DNA of 64,000 nt from an uncultured Actinomycetes bacterium (GTDB taxonomy: Bacteria > Actinomycetota > UBA4738 > HRBIN12). Positions 9,989 through 18,717 of this stretch are shown one piece after another (positions within the stretch are counted from its first letter, which is position 1; every line of letters begins with the position of its first letter). The stretch spans positions 288,001 through 352,000 of the forward strand of contig CAVPIB010000001.1 in assembly GCA_963704885.1 (NCBI GenBank). Direction: 5' to 3'. The notes below the pieces were generated by a model that was not told the origin of the DNA, did no database searches, and saw nothing but the letters and a program-made list of their open reading frames with translations. The translations under genes and the position numbers were made by a program.

Positions 9989-10810
9989 CTAGTGGCCCGG
10001 CTCCGCTGCGGCCCCTGCCAGGACGTCGGCGGCGTGGTCGGGGACTTCCGTGTAGAGATCACGCGGCGGGCGGATGTACCCGTCGTCCCTCTGACGGGAC
10101 GGAAGCTCGACTTCGGGGAGCGGCTTCTCTTCGTACGGGATCTTCGAGAGCAGGTGAGCCATGCAGTTGATGCGTGCGCGCTTCTTGCTGTCCGCGTCCA
10201 CCACGTACCAGGGCGCCTCTGGGATGTCTGTGTGCACGAACATCTCGTCCTTCGCGCGTGAGTAGTCGACCCATTTGCTCCGCGAGAACAGGTCGGTCTC
10301 GGAGAGCTTCCAGCGGCGCATGGGATCCGTGATCCGAGCCCCGAACCGACGCTCCTGCTCCTCGTCGCTCACCGAGAACCAGTACTTGATCAGGATGATG
10401 CCGTCTTCCACCAGGAGCCGTTCGAAGATCGGGCACTGACGCAGGAACCGGTAGTACTCGACGGGCGTGCAGAAACCCAGCACGTGCTCGATCCCGGCGC
10501 GGTTGTACCAGCTTCGATCGAACAGGGCGATCTCGCCGCCCGCCGGCAGCTGCTCCACGTACCGCTGGAAGTACCACTGGGTCGTTTGGCGCTCCGTAGG
10601 CTTCGGCAACGCGATGTGCTTGGTGATGCGCGGATTCATGTGTTCTGCCATGCGCTTGATCGTGCCGCCTTTGCCGGCCGCGTCGCGTCCCTCGAAGATA
10701 ACGACCACGCGCACCCCGGCCGCATACACCCACTCTTCCATCTTCACTAGCTCCTCTTGCAGCCGGAAGAGCTCCTTCTCGTAGAGCTTCTTGGGGAACT
10801 TCTCGCGCAT
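9989..10810 (-). CDS. ppk2: Polyphosphate kinase 2
   Basis: FEGRDAAGKGG, FDRSWYNRAG, KYWFSVS and WKLSETD motifs. Confidence 0.96.
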   Translation of the reverse strand: MREKFPKKLYEKELFRLQEELVKMEEWVYAAGVRVVVIFEGRDAAGKGGTIKRMAEHMNPRITKHIALPKPTERQTTQWYFQRYVEQLPAGGEIALFDRSWYNRAGIEHVLGFCTPVEYYRFLRQCPIFERLLVEDGIILIKYWFSVSDEEQERRFGARITDPMRRWKLSETDLFSRSKWVDYSRAKDEMFVHTDIPEAPWYVVDADSKKRARINCMAHLLSKIPYEEKPLPEVELPSRQRDDGYIRPPRDLYTEVPDHAADVLAGAAAEPGH

Positions 10811-10820
10811 GGGCTGGACG

Positions 10821-11474
10821 TTACCCCAGCGAGGTCAGGTCGGTCACGACCTGATGGCTGTGGGGATCGGAGGGCACGTCCTCGTTGGGACGCAGGATCA
10901 GACGGGTGGCGATGCCGACCGCCGCGGCCCCGTCGCAATAGTCGGGCTGATCATCCACGAAGACGGCTCTGGACGGATCTATGCCTCCGGCCTCCTCCAG
11001 TGCCCTCATGTAGATCCCGGCATCCGGCTTCATGACGCCCGCCTCGAACGAAAGGACCAGGTGATCGAACGCGTCGACCAGGCGAAGGCGTTCCACGACC
11101 GGACGCGTCGAGTGGGAGCAGTTGCTCACCAGGACGGTCTGGACGCCGCGCTCGCGGAGCGATCGAACCACCGGCAACACATCGGCGTAGAGATGAACGC
11201 GGCGCGTGAGCTCGTAGCGTTCCAGGGCGACCAGCTCCCGCACGAGTTCGGGCGTCGGCTCGATCGCCGCGGCTCGGAGCACGGCGACCATGTCGCCATC
11301 GGCGTCGGGATACGTGCCCACGCCCCGTGCCGGACGGGTGAGCTCGAACGCTCTCGTCAGTGCCTTGGCGTCGATCCCGATTCGCGTGGCGATCAGATCG
11401 CGCAGCTTGCCCCACTCGCTCCACACGATCGTGTCGTAGAGGTCGAGCAGCACGGCGTCGAAGGGCTGAGGCAT
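10821..11474 (-). CDS. HAD-superfamily hydrolase (IA type)
   Basis: DLYDT motif I, VSN, MKPD, FVDD; ATG 11474 lies 6 nt after TACTCT. Confidence 0.88.
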   Translation of the reverse strand: MPQPFDAVLLDLYDTIVWSEWGKLRDLIATRIGIDAKALTRAFELTRPARGVGTYPDADGDMVAVLRAAAIEPTPELVRELVALERYELTRRVHLYADVLPVVRSLRERGVQTVLVSNCSHSTRPVVERLRLVDAFDHLVLSFEAGVMKPDAGIYMRALEEAGGIDPSRAVFVDDQPDYCDGAAAVGIATRLILRPNEDVPSDPHSHQVVTDLTSLG

Positions 11475-11582
11475 CGTGGAAGAGTAGTGGAGGGAACCTC
11501 TTGATCGCCCTTTTCTTCGGCAGGCTCTCAGCAGAACATGGTCCTCGCGCATCCATGTGATGTGCGAGTGGAGGAAGGCGTC

Positions 11583-12083
11583 GTGAGTGTTCCCGCTGAA
11601 CGTGTCGAGGCATGGGCCCGTTTCGACACGTTCTTCGAGGAAGAACGCGAGCGCCTGTTCAAGGCCCTCTACTTCGTCACGGGGAACCGCGAGGACGCGG
11701 AGGAGCTCACGCAGGATGCGTTCCTGCGCCTGTGGGAACGGTGGGGCGACATCGATCGGATCGACGACCCCACCGGTTACCTCTTCCGCGTGGCTCTGAA
11801 CGGGTTCCGGATGCGGCGCCGCCGAGCGGCGACCGCGCTCCTAAAGCTCGCCCCGGTAACGGAATCCCCGGACGCGTTCCTCGAGGCGGAGATGCGAGCA
11901 GATGTTCGCCAACTCCTTCAACAGGTCACGCCGAGGCAGCGGGCTGCGCTCCTGCTCGTCGATCTGCTCGGGTACTCACCCGAGCAGGCGGCACGCATCC
12001 TGCGTATTCGGCCGTCGACGGTTCGGGCCCTAGCCACGCAGGGCCGACGGACCCTGAGAGCGGAAGGAGCGCGGGATGCCTGA
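11583..12083 (+). CDS. ECF RNA polymerase sigma factor
   Basis: DAEELTQDAFLRLW region 2 and TPRQRAALLL...EQAARIL...STVR region 4; GAGGAAGG RBS before GTG 11583. Confidence 0.88.
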   Translation: MSVPAERVEAWARFDTFFEEERERLFKALYFVTGNREDAEELTQDAFLRLWERWGDIDRIDDPTGYLFRVALNGFRMRRRRAATALLKLAPVTESPDAFLEAEMRADVRQLLQQVTPRQRAALLLVDLLGYSPEQAARILRIRPSTVRALATQGRRTLRAEGARDA

Positions 12084-12615
12084 CGTGCAGGAGGTGTTCC
12101 GCATGTCGACGCAGAAGGTCCACCAAGAACCGGGCGCCATGGAACGACAACTCATCAGGCAGCGCAGGGCTGCTCGGAACCGAAGCTAGGAGCCTTCGGC
12201 GCGCAGCGAGCGCGGTCGCGCGTGTGAGAAGCGCAAGCTAGGAGCCTTCGCGGTCGCTGCAGCGATCGTCGCGGTCGCGACCGTCGTGGTCGTCTCGAAC
12301 GTGGATAGCAAGGAAGCGCCCGCCGTCGCGACGCAACCTCCCCCGATAGACGCGCAGACCGGACCCTATTTCCTCGATCTTCGGACCGGCGAGATGACCC
12401 CGCTGCCCCAGAACATCGGCGGCGGCTTGAACTACCCCGTTTCCCCCGACGGCACGATGTTCGCGTACAACCCGTGTTGCGATCCTCCGGTCGCGGTTTC
12501 CGTTGCGAACGTGGACGGGACGGCTGCCCGCCAAGTCACGCCTGATGGCGTCGACGCCTACGGCGCTCGGTGGTTACCAGACGGTCACTCGCTCGCGTAC
12601 CAGATCCGAGTGTGA
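12076..12615 (+). pseudogene. Anti-sigma-like TM protein with TolB/PD40-type repeats, N-terminal part, disrupted by a short duplication at 12183-12250
   Basis: MPDVQEVFRMSTQKVHQEPGAMERQLIRQRRAARNR, then KLGAFAVAAAIVAVATVVVV (TM), VSPDGTMFAY and RWLPDGHSLAY. Confidence 0.6.
12183..12250 (+). repeat. 16-bp direct repeat AAGCTAGGAGCCTTCG (12183-12198 and 12235-12250)
   Basis: Exact repeat read from the sequence; it breaks the reading frame. Confidence 0.85.
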
Positions 12616-13583
12616 AGGAGATCGACGTCGGCTTCGGCCGATCGGTCGCGGTCGGTAGCGACTGCATCTGGGTCGCCGTCGACGACGACGACACGAGCAA
12701 CGGTGGGCATCTCCTCTGCGTGGCTCCGGGCTCGATGGACGTACTGCATCGGATCCCAGTCCCGGCTGTCCCGAGCGCTGTGGAGGGCGGCGGTGGGATG
12801 GCCGTCGGTGGGGGCGCGGTGTGGGTGGGAGGGACGAAGTGGTTCCCAGAGCGCGGGTCTGGCTCGGCGGTTGTCACGCGGGTCGACGAAGGGACGGGCC
12901 GAACCATCGAGATCCCGCTCAGCCTCGGTTCCCCCCAACAGGGTGAGACTGAAAGCGTCACGGACCTAGCGCACGTGCCGACCGATTGTGGGTGTACGTC
13001 TCCAGAGGCACCGACGAGCCGGCCGATCCGGGAACTCGATGCGGGAACCGGCGACGTGCTGTTGCGACTTTCTCTCGACACGATGTTCCACCAGGCTCGG
13101 ATCGCCGGGGGGTTCGGCTCGGTCTGGGTAACGATCGAGCAGGGCATCCAGCGGGGAGGAGAGGTTCTTCGGGTGGATCCAAGCACCGGTGATGTGGTTG
13201 CGCATATCCCTTGGGAAGGATCGGTGGCTCCGATCGCGGCCACGCGCACTGGCATGTGGGTAGCGAACGGAGAGGTCGCGCTCGGACAGATCGACCCATC
13301 GACCAACCGTGTCGATCCGATCCGATCGAACCTCACGTCCACCCCCTTCCTCGTCCACGATGGTGATACGGGGCTTACGTGGTTCCGTGCCTCGACCGAG
13401 AACGGCTCCGTCATCTCCTACCTGCGCCTGTCTGACCACGACGGCGGACCTCAGACCGGAGGGTTCCCGCACGAAGACCCACCGATCGCACTTGCGGTAT
13501 CTCCAGGCTCTGTGTATCTGTGGATCCTGACGTACGACGGGCGGCTCGTGGGACCTGTGGGCGGTTCCCGTGGCAGGAGGTGA
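12612..13583 (+). CDS. Beta-propeller repeat protein (Vgb/YVTN-like)
   Basis: Repeats such as AVGGGAVWV, GFGSVWVT, VLRVDPSTGDVVAHI and IDPSTNRV; GTGA overlap at 12612-12615. Confidence 0.55.
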   Translation: MKEIDVGFGRSVAVGSDCIWVAVDDDDTSNGGHLLCVAPGSMDVLHRIPVPAVPSAVEGGGGMAVGGGAVWVGGTKWFPERGSGSAVVTRVDEGTGRTIEIPLSLGSPQQGETESVTDLAHVPTDCGCTSPEAPTSRPIRELDAGTGDVLLRLSLDTMFHQARIAGGFGSVWVTIEQGIQRGGEVLRVDPSTGDVVAHIPWEGSVAPIAATRTGMWVANGEVALGQIDPSTNRVDPIRSNLTSTPFLVHDGDTGLTWFRASTENGSVISYLRLSDHDGGPQTGGFPHEDPPIALAVSPGSVYLWILTYDGRLVGPVGGSRGRR

Positions 13584-13926
13584 GCCTACGCTCGTGCGGC
13601 GCAACGCCAGCTTCGGCGTCTACGACCCCGACGGGATCGACATCGCGTACCTCGAGGCGCCGCAAGACTTCTCTTCCCCGGCCCTCTACCTGGCAAGTTC
13701 GGGCGGCGATCGGGTGAGGCCGCTCGTGGAGGGAGACGCGATCTCGTGGCCCCGATGGTCACCCGACGGGACCAGGATCGTCTACGCCGACGACGGGGAG
13801 ATCTACATCGTTGAGGTCGCCACGGGACAGTCCTTCGTCGTCGCGGAAGGCGCGACGGCCGAGTGGTTCGACGACGACACGCTGGTCGTCGCACCCGGTG
13901 GGCGGTTGCTGCGGCGAGTGGAGTGA
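13570..13926 (+). CDS. TolB/PD40-repeat C-terminal fragment
   Basis: WPRWSPDGTRIVY and YDPDGIDIAY; the frame reads WDLWAVPVAGGEP from about 13549. Confidence 0.55.
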   Translation: MAGGEPTLVRRNASFGVYDPDGIDIAYLEAPQDFSSPALYLASSGGDRVRPLVEGDAISWPRWSPDGTRIVYADDGEIYIVEVATGQSFVVAEGATAEWFDDDTLVVAPGGRLLRRVE

Positions 13927-13951
13927 TCCAGCCGATCTCGGATGCCGGGAA

Positions 13952-13976
13952 GCCCGGTCCCATGGGGGGGCCGGGC
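13952..13976. terminator. GC-rich hairpin between convergent genes
   Basis: GCCCGGTCCC...GGGGCCGGGC stem with one G-U pair. Confidence 0.45.
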
Positions 13977-13983
13977 CTCGGCC

Positions 13984-16020
13984 TCATTCGGCCCAGAGGC
14001 CGGCGAGGAACGCGTCGACGTCCGCCGTGCCGTCGAGCCGGGCGTCCACATCGGGCAGCGGCAACACCTCGGGCGCGACCTCGTCGAAAAGGCCCCGAAC
14101 CTCGTCCGGCAGGAACCGAGTGAGCTGCGCGTAGCTGTGCGGATCCTCCAGGCCCCGGGGGCGCCGGTAGTACCGCTGGGGGAACGAGATGTGTAGCGCG
14201 TCCCGCGCCCGGGTCATCGCCACGTACAGCAGGCGACGCTCCTCCTCGATCTCGTCGTCGTCACCCGTGGCCATGTCCGAAGGGATCATGCCGTCGGCCG
14301 CGTGGATCACGTGGACGACGTCCCACTCCAGGCCCTTCGCCGAATGGATCGTGGACAGGACCAGGTAGTCCTCGTCCAACAGCGGTGGGCCTGCCAGGTC
14401 CCCGGTCGATGACGGCGGATCCAGCGTCAGCTCGGATACGAACCGGCCGCGCGTCTCGTAGCCGCTCGCGAGCAGCTCCAACTGCTCGAGGTCGCGTGCC
14501 CGGGCGCCCGGGGCGTCGTATCGCTTCGCGAGCACCGGCTCCAGGAACCTCCGCAGCCGGTCCAGCTGGGCCGCCGGTGGCATCCGGGTCTCGTCCGTCA
14601 GGCAGTCGCCGAGGGCGGTCCGCAGCTCCCTGACACCGTCGCCCGCTCCCTTCGGCACGGCGACCGGCTCCTCCAGGAAGCGAACGAGCGGAGAAGGCTG
14701 GTCGTCGCTCACACGCCGGACGCCGAGCTGATCCATCAGCCGCCTGGCGGTCGCGGGTCCCATGCCGTCAGGGAGCTGCAGCACGCGGAACCAGCTCACC
14801 TCGTCGAACGGGTTCTCCAGTATGCGGAGCAGCGCCAGCGCGTCCTTCACGTGCGCCGCTTCCATGAACTTCAGTCCCCCGTACTTCACGAACGGGATGT
14901 TGCGCCGCGCAAGCTCCACCTCGAGGAGGTCGGAATGATGCGCCGCGCGGAACAGCACGGCCTGATGCTTCAGCGGTACGCCCTCCTCGCGGTGCTGGAG
15001 CACAGCGCGGCAGACCGCGTCGCACTGCTCCGCCTCGTCGAGGCAGGTGCGAAGGACCGGTCGGTACGCTCCGTCGCGCGATGACCAGAGCGTCTTCTCA
15101 TGGCGCTGCGGTGACAGCGCGATCGCCGCGTTGGACGCGGCCAAGATCGGCGGTGTGGACCTGTAGTTCTGTTCCAGGCGGATCACGGTCGCGCCGGGGA
15201 ACCGCTCCGGGAACTCCAGGATGTTGCGAACGGTGGCCGCGCGGAACGCGTAGATCGACTGTGCGTCGTCCCCGACCACCGTGAGGTTGCGAGGCGTGTC
15301 CGGCGGTCGCATCCCTTCGAGGATGTCGGCCTGCAGCGTGTTCGTGTCCTGGTACTCGTCGACCAGTATGTGATCGAACATGGTGGCCAAGGGCTCGCGC
15401 GTCTGCGGCGACGTGGCGATCGCCTTCCAGAACAGCAACAGGTCGTCGTAGTCCATGACGTTCTGTTCGCGCTTGCGCGCCGTGTAGGCCTGGAAGATCT
15501 GGCGGATACCGTCGCCCTCGTCCAGGCACCACGGATAGTGGCGCTTCAGCACGTCGCCCAGCTTCTCGCCGGCGTTGACCGTTCGCGAGTAGATCGCCGC
15601 GAGCGTCTCCTTGCGGGGGAATCGTCGTTCGCGCTGGGCGAACCCCAGCTCCTGGCGGAGAAGGTTCATCACGTCGGCGCCGTCTGACTGGTCGAGCACG
15701 GTGAAATCCGGGCGCAAACCGAGCGGTCGGCCGTGCAGCCGTAGGAGCCGGTTAGCTACCGCATGGAACGTTCCACCCCAGACACGGCCCGTCTCGCGAT
15801 GACCGCTGACGCGCTCGGCGCGGGAGAGCATCTCGCGGGCGGCGCGCCGACTGAACGTCAGCAGCAGGATGCGTTCCGGGCGGATCCCGCTTTTCACCAG
15901 ATGACCGACGCGACAGGCGAGGGTCATGGTCTTGCCCGTTCCGGCGCCCGCCACGATCAGGAGCGGACCCTCACCGTGCGCCGCCGCCGCGCGCTGTTCT
16001 GGGTTGAGGTCGTCGAACAT
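13984..16020 (-). CDS. UvrD/Rep/PcrA-family ATP-dependent DNA helicase
   Basis: AGAGTGKT, TFHA, DEYQD, VGDDAQSIYAFR, NYRS, STIHSAKGLEW and EERRLLYVAMTRA. Confidence 0.95.
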   Translation of the reverse strand: MFDDLNPEQRAAAAHGEGPLLIVAGAGTGKTMTLACRVGHLVKSGIRPERILLLTFSRRAAREMLSRAERVSGHRETGRVWGGTFHAVANRLLRLHGRPLGLRPDFTVLDQSDGADVMNLLRQELGFAQRERRFPRKETLAAIYSRTVNAGEKLGDVLKRHYPWCLDEGDGIRQIFQAYTARKREQNVMDYDDLLLFWKAIATSPQTREPLATMFDHILVDEYQDTNTLQADILEGMRPPDTPRNLTVVGDDAQSIYAFRAATVRNILEFPERFPGATVIRLEQNYRSTPPILAASNAAIALSPQRHEKTLWSSRDGAYRPVLRTCLDEAEQCDAVCRAVLQHREEGVPLKHQAVLFRAAHHSDLLEVELARRNIPFVKYGGLKFMEAAHVKDALALLRILENPFDEVSWFRVLQLPDGMGPATARRLMDQLGVRRVSDDQPSPLVRFLEEPVAVPKGAGDGVRELRTALGDCLTDETRMPPAAQLDRLRRFLEPVLAKRYDAPGARARDLEQLELLASGYETRGRFVSELTLDPPSSTGDLAGPPLLDEDYLVLSTIHSAKGLEWDVVHVIHAADGMIPSDMATGDDDEIEEERRLLYVAMTRARDALHISFPQRYYRRPRGLEDPHSYAQLTRFLPDEVRGLFDEVAPEVLPLPDVDARLDGTADVDAFLAGLWAE

Positions 16021-16028
16021 GTGTTCGG
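16013..16028. promoter_or_regulatory. Putative LexA (SOS) box TCGAAC-ATGT-GTTCGG over the helicase start codon
   Basis: One mismatch from the actinobacterial consensus TCGAAC-N4-GTTCGA. Confidence 0.75.
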
Positions 16029-16091
16029 ACCCTACAGCGGTTGGGCGACGCGGTCTAGGATGCGCCGCATGACGAAGGAGCTGAGCACCAG

Positions 16092-16544
16092 GTGAGCGTG
16101 AGGCGAAGCGCAGGCCTGCGTGCGTGGTTCGTGCGCATGGGGTTCGTGGCTGTGTCGTTCGTGTCGCTATGGCTGTCTCAGATCGCCGACCAGCGGTTCC
16201 GGGAGACGGTGGCGACGGCCGCGCGATTCGACCTTCGTCTATGGTCCGCGACCATCACTCCGCTCATCCTTGCGGGCGCCTTCTTCACGATCGCCGCTCG
16301 ATTCCCTTTCCCCCGCCCCCGGTTCGCTTGGGGGCGCCTCGTGCTCGCGGTAGCGGCGGCGATCCCGGCCGTGCACATGGGGTTCGTCCTGTGGGCCCCA
16401 CAGTTCGCCGTGCGTTGGCCGACGTTCCTGATCATCCCGCGTTGGTTCGATGGGGGTTCGGTTCCCGCGGTTTGCGCCGTACTGGTCGGCGTGGCGATCG
16501 GGTCGGGATTCGGTGCACGGCGCGAGCCGGCGAGGTCGTCGTGA
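16092..16544 (+). CDS. Hypothetical membrane protein (about 4 TM)
   Basis: Four hydrophobic segments; start uncertain because an upstream 8-codon MTKELSTR ORF at 16069 is GTGA-coupled or frameshifted into it. Confidence 0.65.
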   Translation: MSVRRSAGLRAWFVRMGFVAVSFVSLWLSQIADQRFRETVATAARFDLRLWSATITPLILAGAFFTIAARFPFPRPRFAWGRLVLAVAAAIPAVHMGFVLWAPQFAVRWPTFLIIPRWFDGGSVPAVCAVLVGVAIGSGFGARREPARSS

Positions 16545-16575
16545 GCCGTGATGCAACTCCCGGTACGCTCAACCC

Positions 16576-17241
16576 ATGACGGACGCCGACGCGCGTATCC
16601 GGGTGACGACGGACGGCCCCTACCGAGTTCGAGGTGCCTTGCCGCTCGTCCGTGTGGCGCAGGTCGAGACGCAGTACGGCGAACCCGTGGACTGGACGAC
16701 TCCCGAACCGATCGGGGCCGGCCGTCGCTTCTCGCTCTGTAGGTGCGGTCGTTCCAAGACGAAGCCGTACTGCGACGACTCACACCTAGAGGGCTTCGAC
16801 GGCACCGAGGTGGCCGACCGCGGGCCGCGGGCGGACCGGGCGTCCACGTTCACCGGCGACGACATCGTGATGACGGACGATCTGTCGATCTGCTCGAAGG
16901 CGGGGTTCTGCAGGAACCGCGTCACTTCGGTCTGGGAGTTGATCGAAGGATCGTCCGATCCCGCAGCGCGGGAGCAAGCGAAGCGGATGATCTCCCTGTG
17001 CCCGTCTGGGCGGCTGGTGGAGGTGGCCGTGGACGGCGAAGATCCAGAACCCACGATAGAACCATCGGTCGCGGTGATCACGGATGGGCCTCTTTGGATC
17101 CGCGGAGGCATCCCGATCGAGTCGGAGGATGGTTCGGGGTACGAGGTCCGTAACCACATGACGCTCTGTCGCTGCGGTCACTCGTCGAACAAGCCGTTCT
17201 GCGACGGATCGCATCGCGATGTGGGGTTCCGTGACCCCTGA
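16576..17241 (+). CDS. CDGSH iron-sulfur protein with a central ferredoxin-like domain
   Basis: CRCGRSKTKPYCDDSH, CSKAGFC...CPSGRL and CRCGHSSNKPFCDGSH. Confidence 0.9.
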   Translation: MTDADARIRVTTDGPYRVRGALPLVRVAQVETQYGEPVDWTTPEPIGAGRRFSLCRCGRSKTKPYCDDSHLEGFDGTEVADRGPRADRASTFTGDDIVMTDDLSICSKAGFCRNRVTSVWELIEGSSDPAAREQAKRMISLCPSGRLVEVAVDGEDPEPTIEPSVAVITDGPLWIRGGIPIESEDGSGYEVRNHMTLCRCGHSSNKPFCDGSHRDVGFRDP

Positions 17242-17704
17242 TCCACCGCGGATCCGCGTGATCGCAGGTGGACCTCTGGTTGTGGATGGCGTTCCGCTCA
17301 CGAGGCTGGTGAAGGGCGATCCGGCGGAAGACGGTCCGCCGCATTGGGGCGCCGAGCCGGTTCCACGAGTGGGTGTTCGTTACGCCCTCTGTCGATGCGA
17401 CGGATCGTCCACCAAGCCACTGTGTGACCGGTGGCCGGATCGCCTGCCGTGTTTCGAAGAGCCGCCTCGCTCATCCGATCTCACGCCTGTCTTCACGTGG
17501 AGGCCACCCGATGGGGTGGAGGGACCCGTGGTCGCCCTCAAGCCCAGCGGGCCGGTCCGTGTTGGCGGCGGGGTACGGATCCAGCGCGAGGACGGCACCG
17601 CGCTCGACGAGGGTAAGCGCGTTTCGCTTTGTCGATGCGGTCACTCGAACCTGATGCCGTACTGCGACGGATCGCACAAGGAGGTGGGATTCCGTGACGG
17701 TTGA
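17231..17704 (+). CDS. Second CDGSH iron-sulfur protein
   Basis: CRCDGSSTKPLCD (degenerate) and CRCGHSNLMPYCDGSH. Confidence 0.85.
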   Translation: MTPDPPRIRVIAGGPLVVDGVPLTRLVKGDPAEDGPPHWGAEPVPRVGVRYALCRCDGSSTKPLCDRWPDRLPCFEEPPRSSDLTPVFTWRPPDGVEGPVVALKPSGPVRVGGGVRIQREDGTALDEGKRVSLCRCGHSNLMPYCDGSHKEVGFRDG

Positions 17705-18053
17705 GCGCGTGGCCTTGAGGGGCGTCGTCATCGATAGTGCCGATCCGCCGACGCTTGCTCAGTTCTGGATGGCGTTCACCGGTTACGTGTTCGAGCACGG
17801 GGATGAGACATGGGTCTCGCTCAGGTCGCCGGCGGGCGCGGATCGCATCTCGTTCCAGAAGGTGCCCGAGCCGAAGAGCGTCAAGAACCGTGTCCACCTG
17901 GACTTCACTGCGGACGACGAAGAAGCGACGGCGGTGTGGATCGAGTCGCTGGGTGCTTCACGCAGCTGGGTCTCCCAGGACCCAGACGACCCCTTCGTCG
18001 TCCTGGCCGATCCCGAAGGAAACGAGTTCTGCGTGGTTCGCGCCGAGGGATGA
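17694..18053 (+). CDS. VOC/glyoxalase-family protein
   Basis: KNRVHLD and VLADPEGNEFCV. Confidence 0.9.
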   Translation: MTVERVALRGVVIDSADPPTLAQFWMAFTGYVFEHGDETWVSLRSPAGADRISFQKVPEPKSVKNRVHLDFTADDEEATAVWIESLGASRSWVSQDPDDPFVVLADPEGNEFCVVRAEG

Positions 18054-18070
18054 GCGCGGATGGCATCCGA

Positions 18071-18589
18071 TCAGGCGATGCCGACCAGCCCCAGCTCCTC
18101 GAGCAACTTGACGGGAACCACGTGACAGTAGGGCTCGTGACCGTTCTTCTCGTAGTAGGCCTGGTGGTAGTCCTCGGCTGGGTAGAACGCCGGGGCGGAT
18201 CGGATCTCGGTCGCGATCGGACGCGGGAACCTCGCCTGTGCGCGCGTGCGCGATACCTCAGCGGCCGCGAGCTGCCCGTCGTCGCTCGTGAAGATCACGC
18301 TCCGGTACTGGTCGCCGACGTCCGGGCCCTGCCGGTCCACCTGCGTCGGATCGTGCATGGCCCAGAAGACCTCGAGCAGCTGATCGAACGTCAGGAGGTC
18401 GTCGTCGAACGCAACGCGACAGACCTCGGCATGACCCGTCGTGTGAGAGCAGACTTCGCGGTACGTCGGATCCGGGGTGATACCTCCGCTGTAGCCGACC
18501 TCCACCGAAGTCACGCCGGGCACCCGGCGGAACACGTACTCCACACCCCAGAAGCACCCCGCCCCGAACGTCACGCTCTGATCCGCCAT
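18071..18589 (-). CDS. msrA: Peptide methionine sulfoxide reductase A
   Basis: GCFWG, GYSGG, TGHAE, HDPT and AEDYHQ. Confidence 0.96.
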   Translation of the reverse strand: MADQSVTFGAGCFWGVEYVFRRVPGVTSVEVGYSGGITPDPTYREVCSHTTGHAEVCRVAFDDDLLTFDQLLEVFWAMHDPTQVDRQGPDVGDQYRSVIFTSDDGQLAAAEVSRTRAQARFPRPIATEIRSAPAFYPAEDYHQAYYEKNGHEPYCHVVPVKLLEELGLVGIA

Positions 18590-18717
18590 CGCTCACTCTC
18601 CTTCCGCTCTCGTTCCATGGTGTCAGGGATGGCCCCGAACGTTGCACTCGACGCGGACTCCCAGACGCGGCACGGTCGCTGATAGGCTGCCCCTTCCTTA
18701 GTTTGAACGGAGATTCA

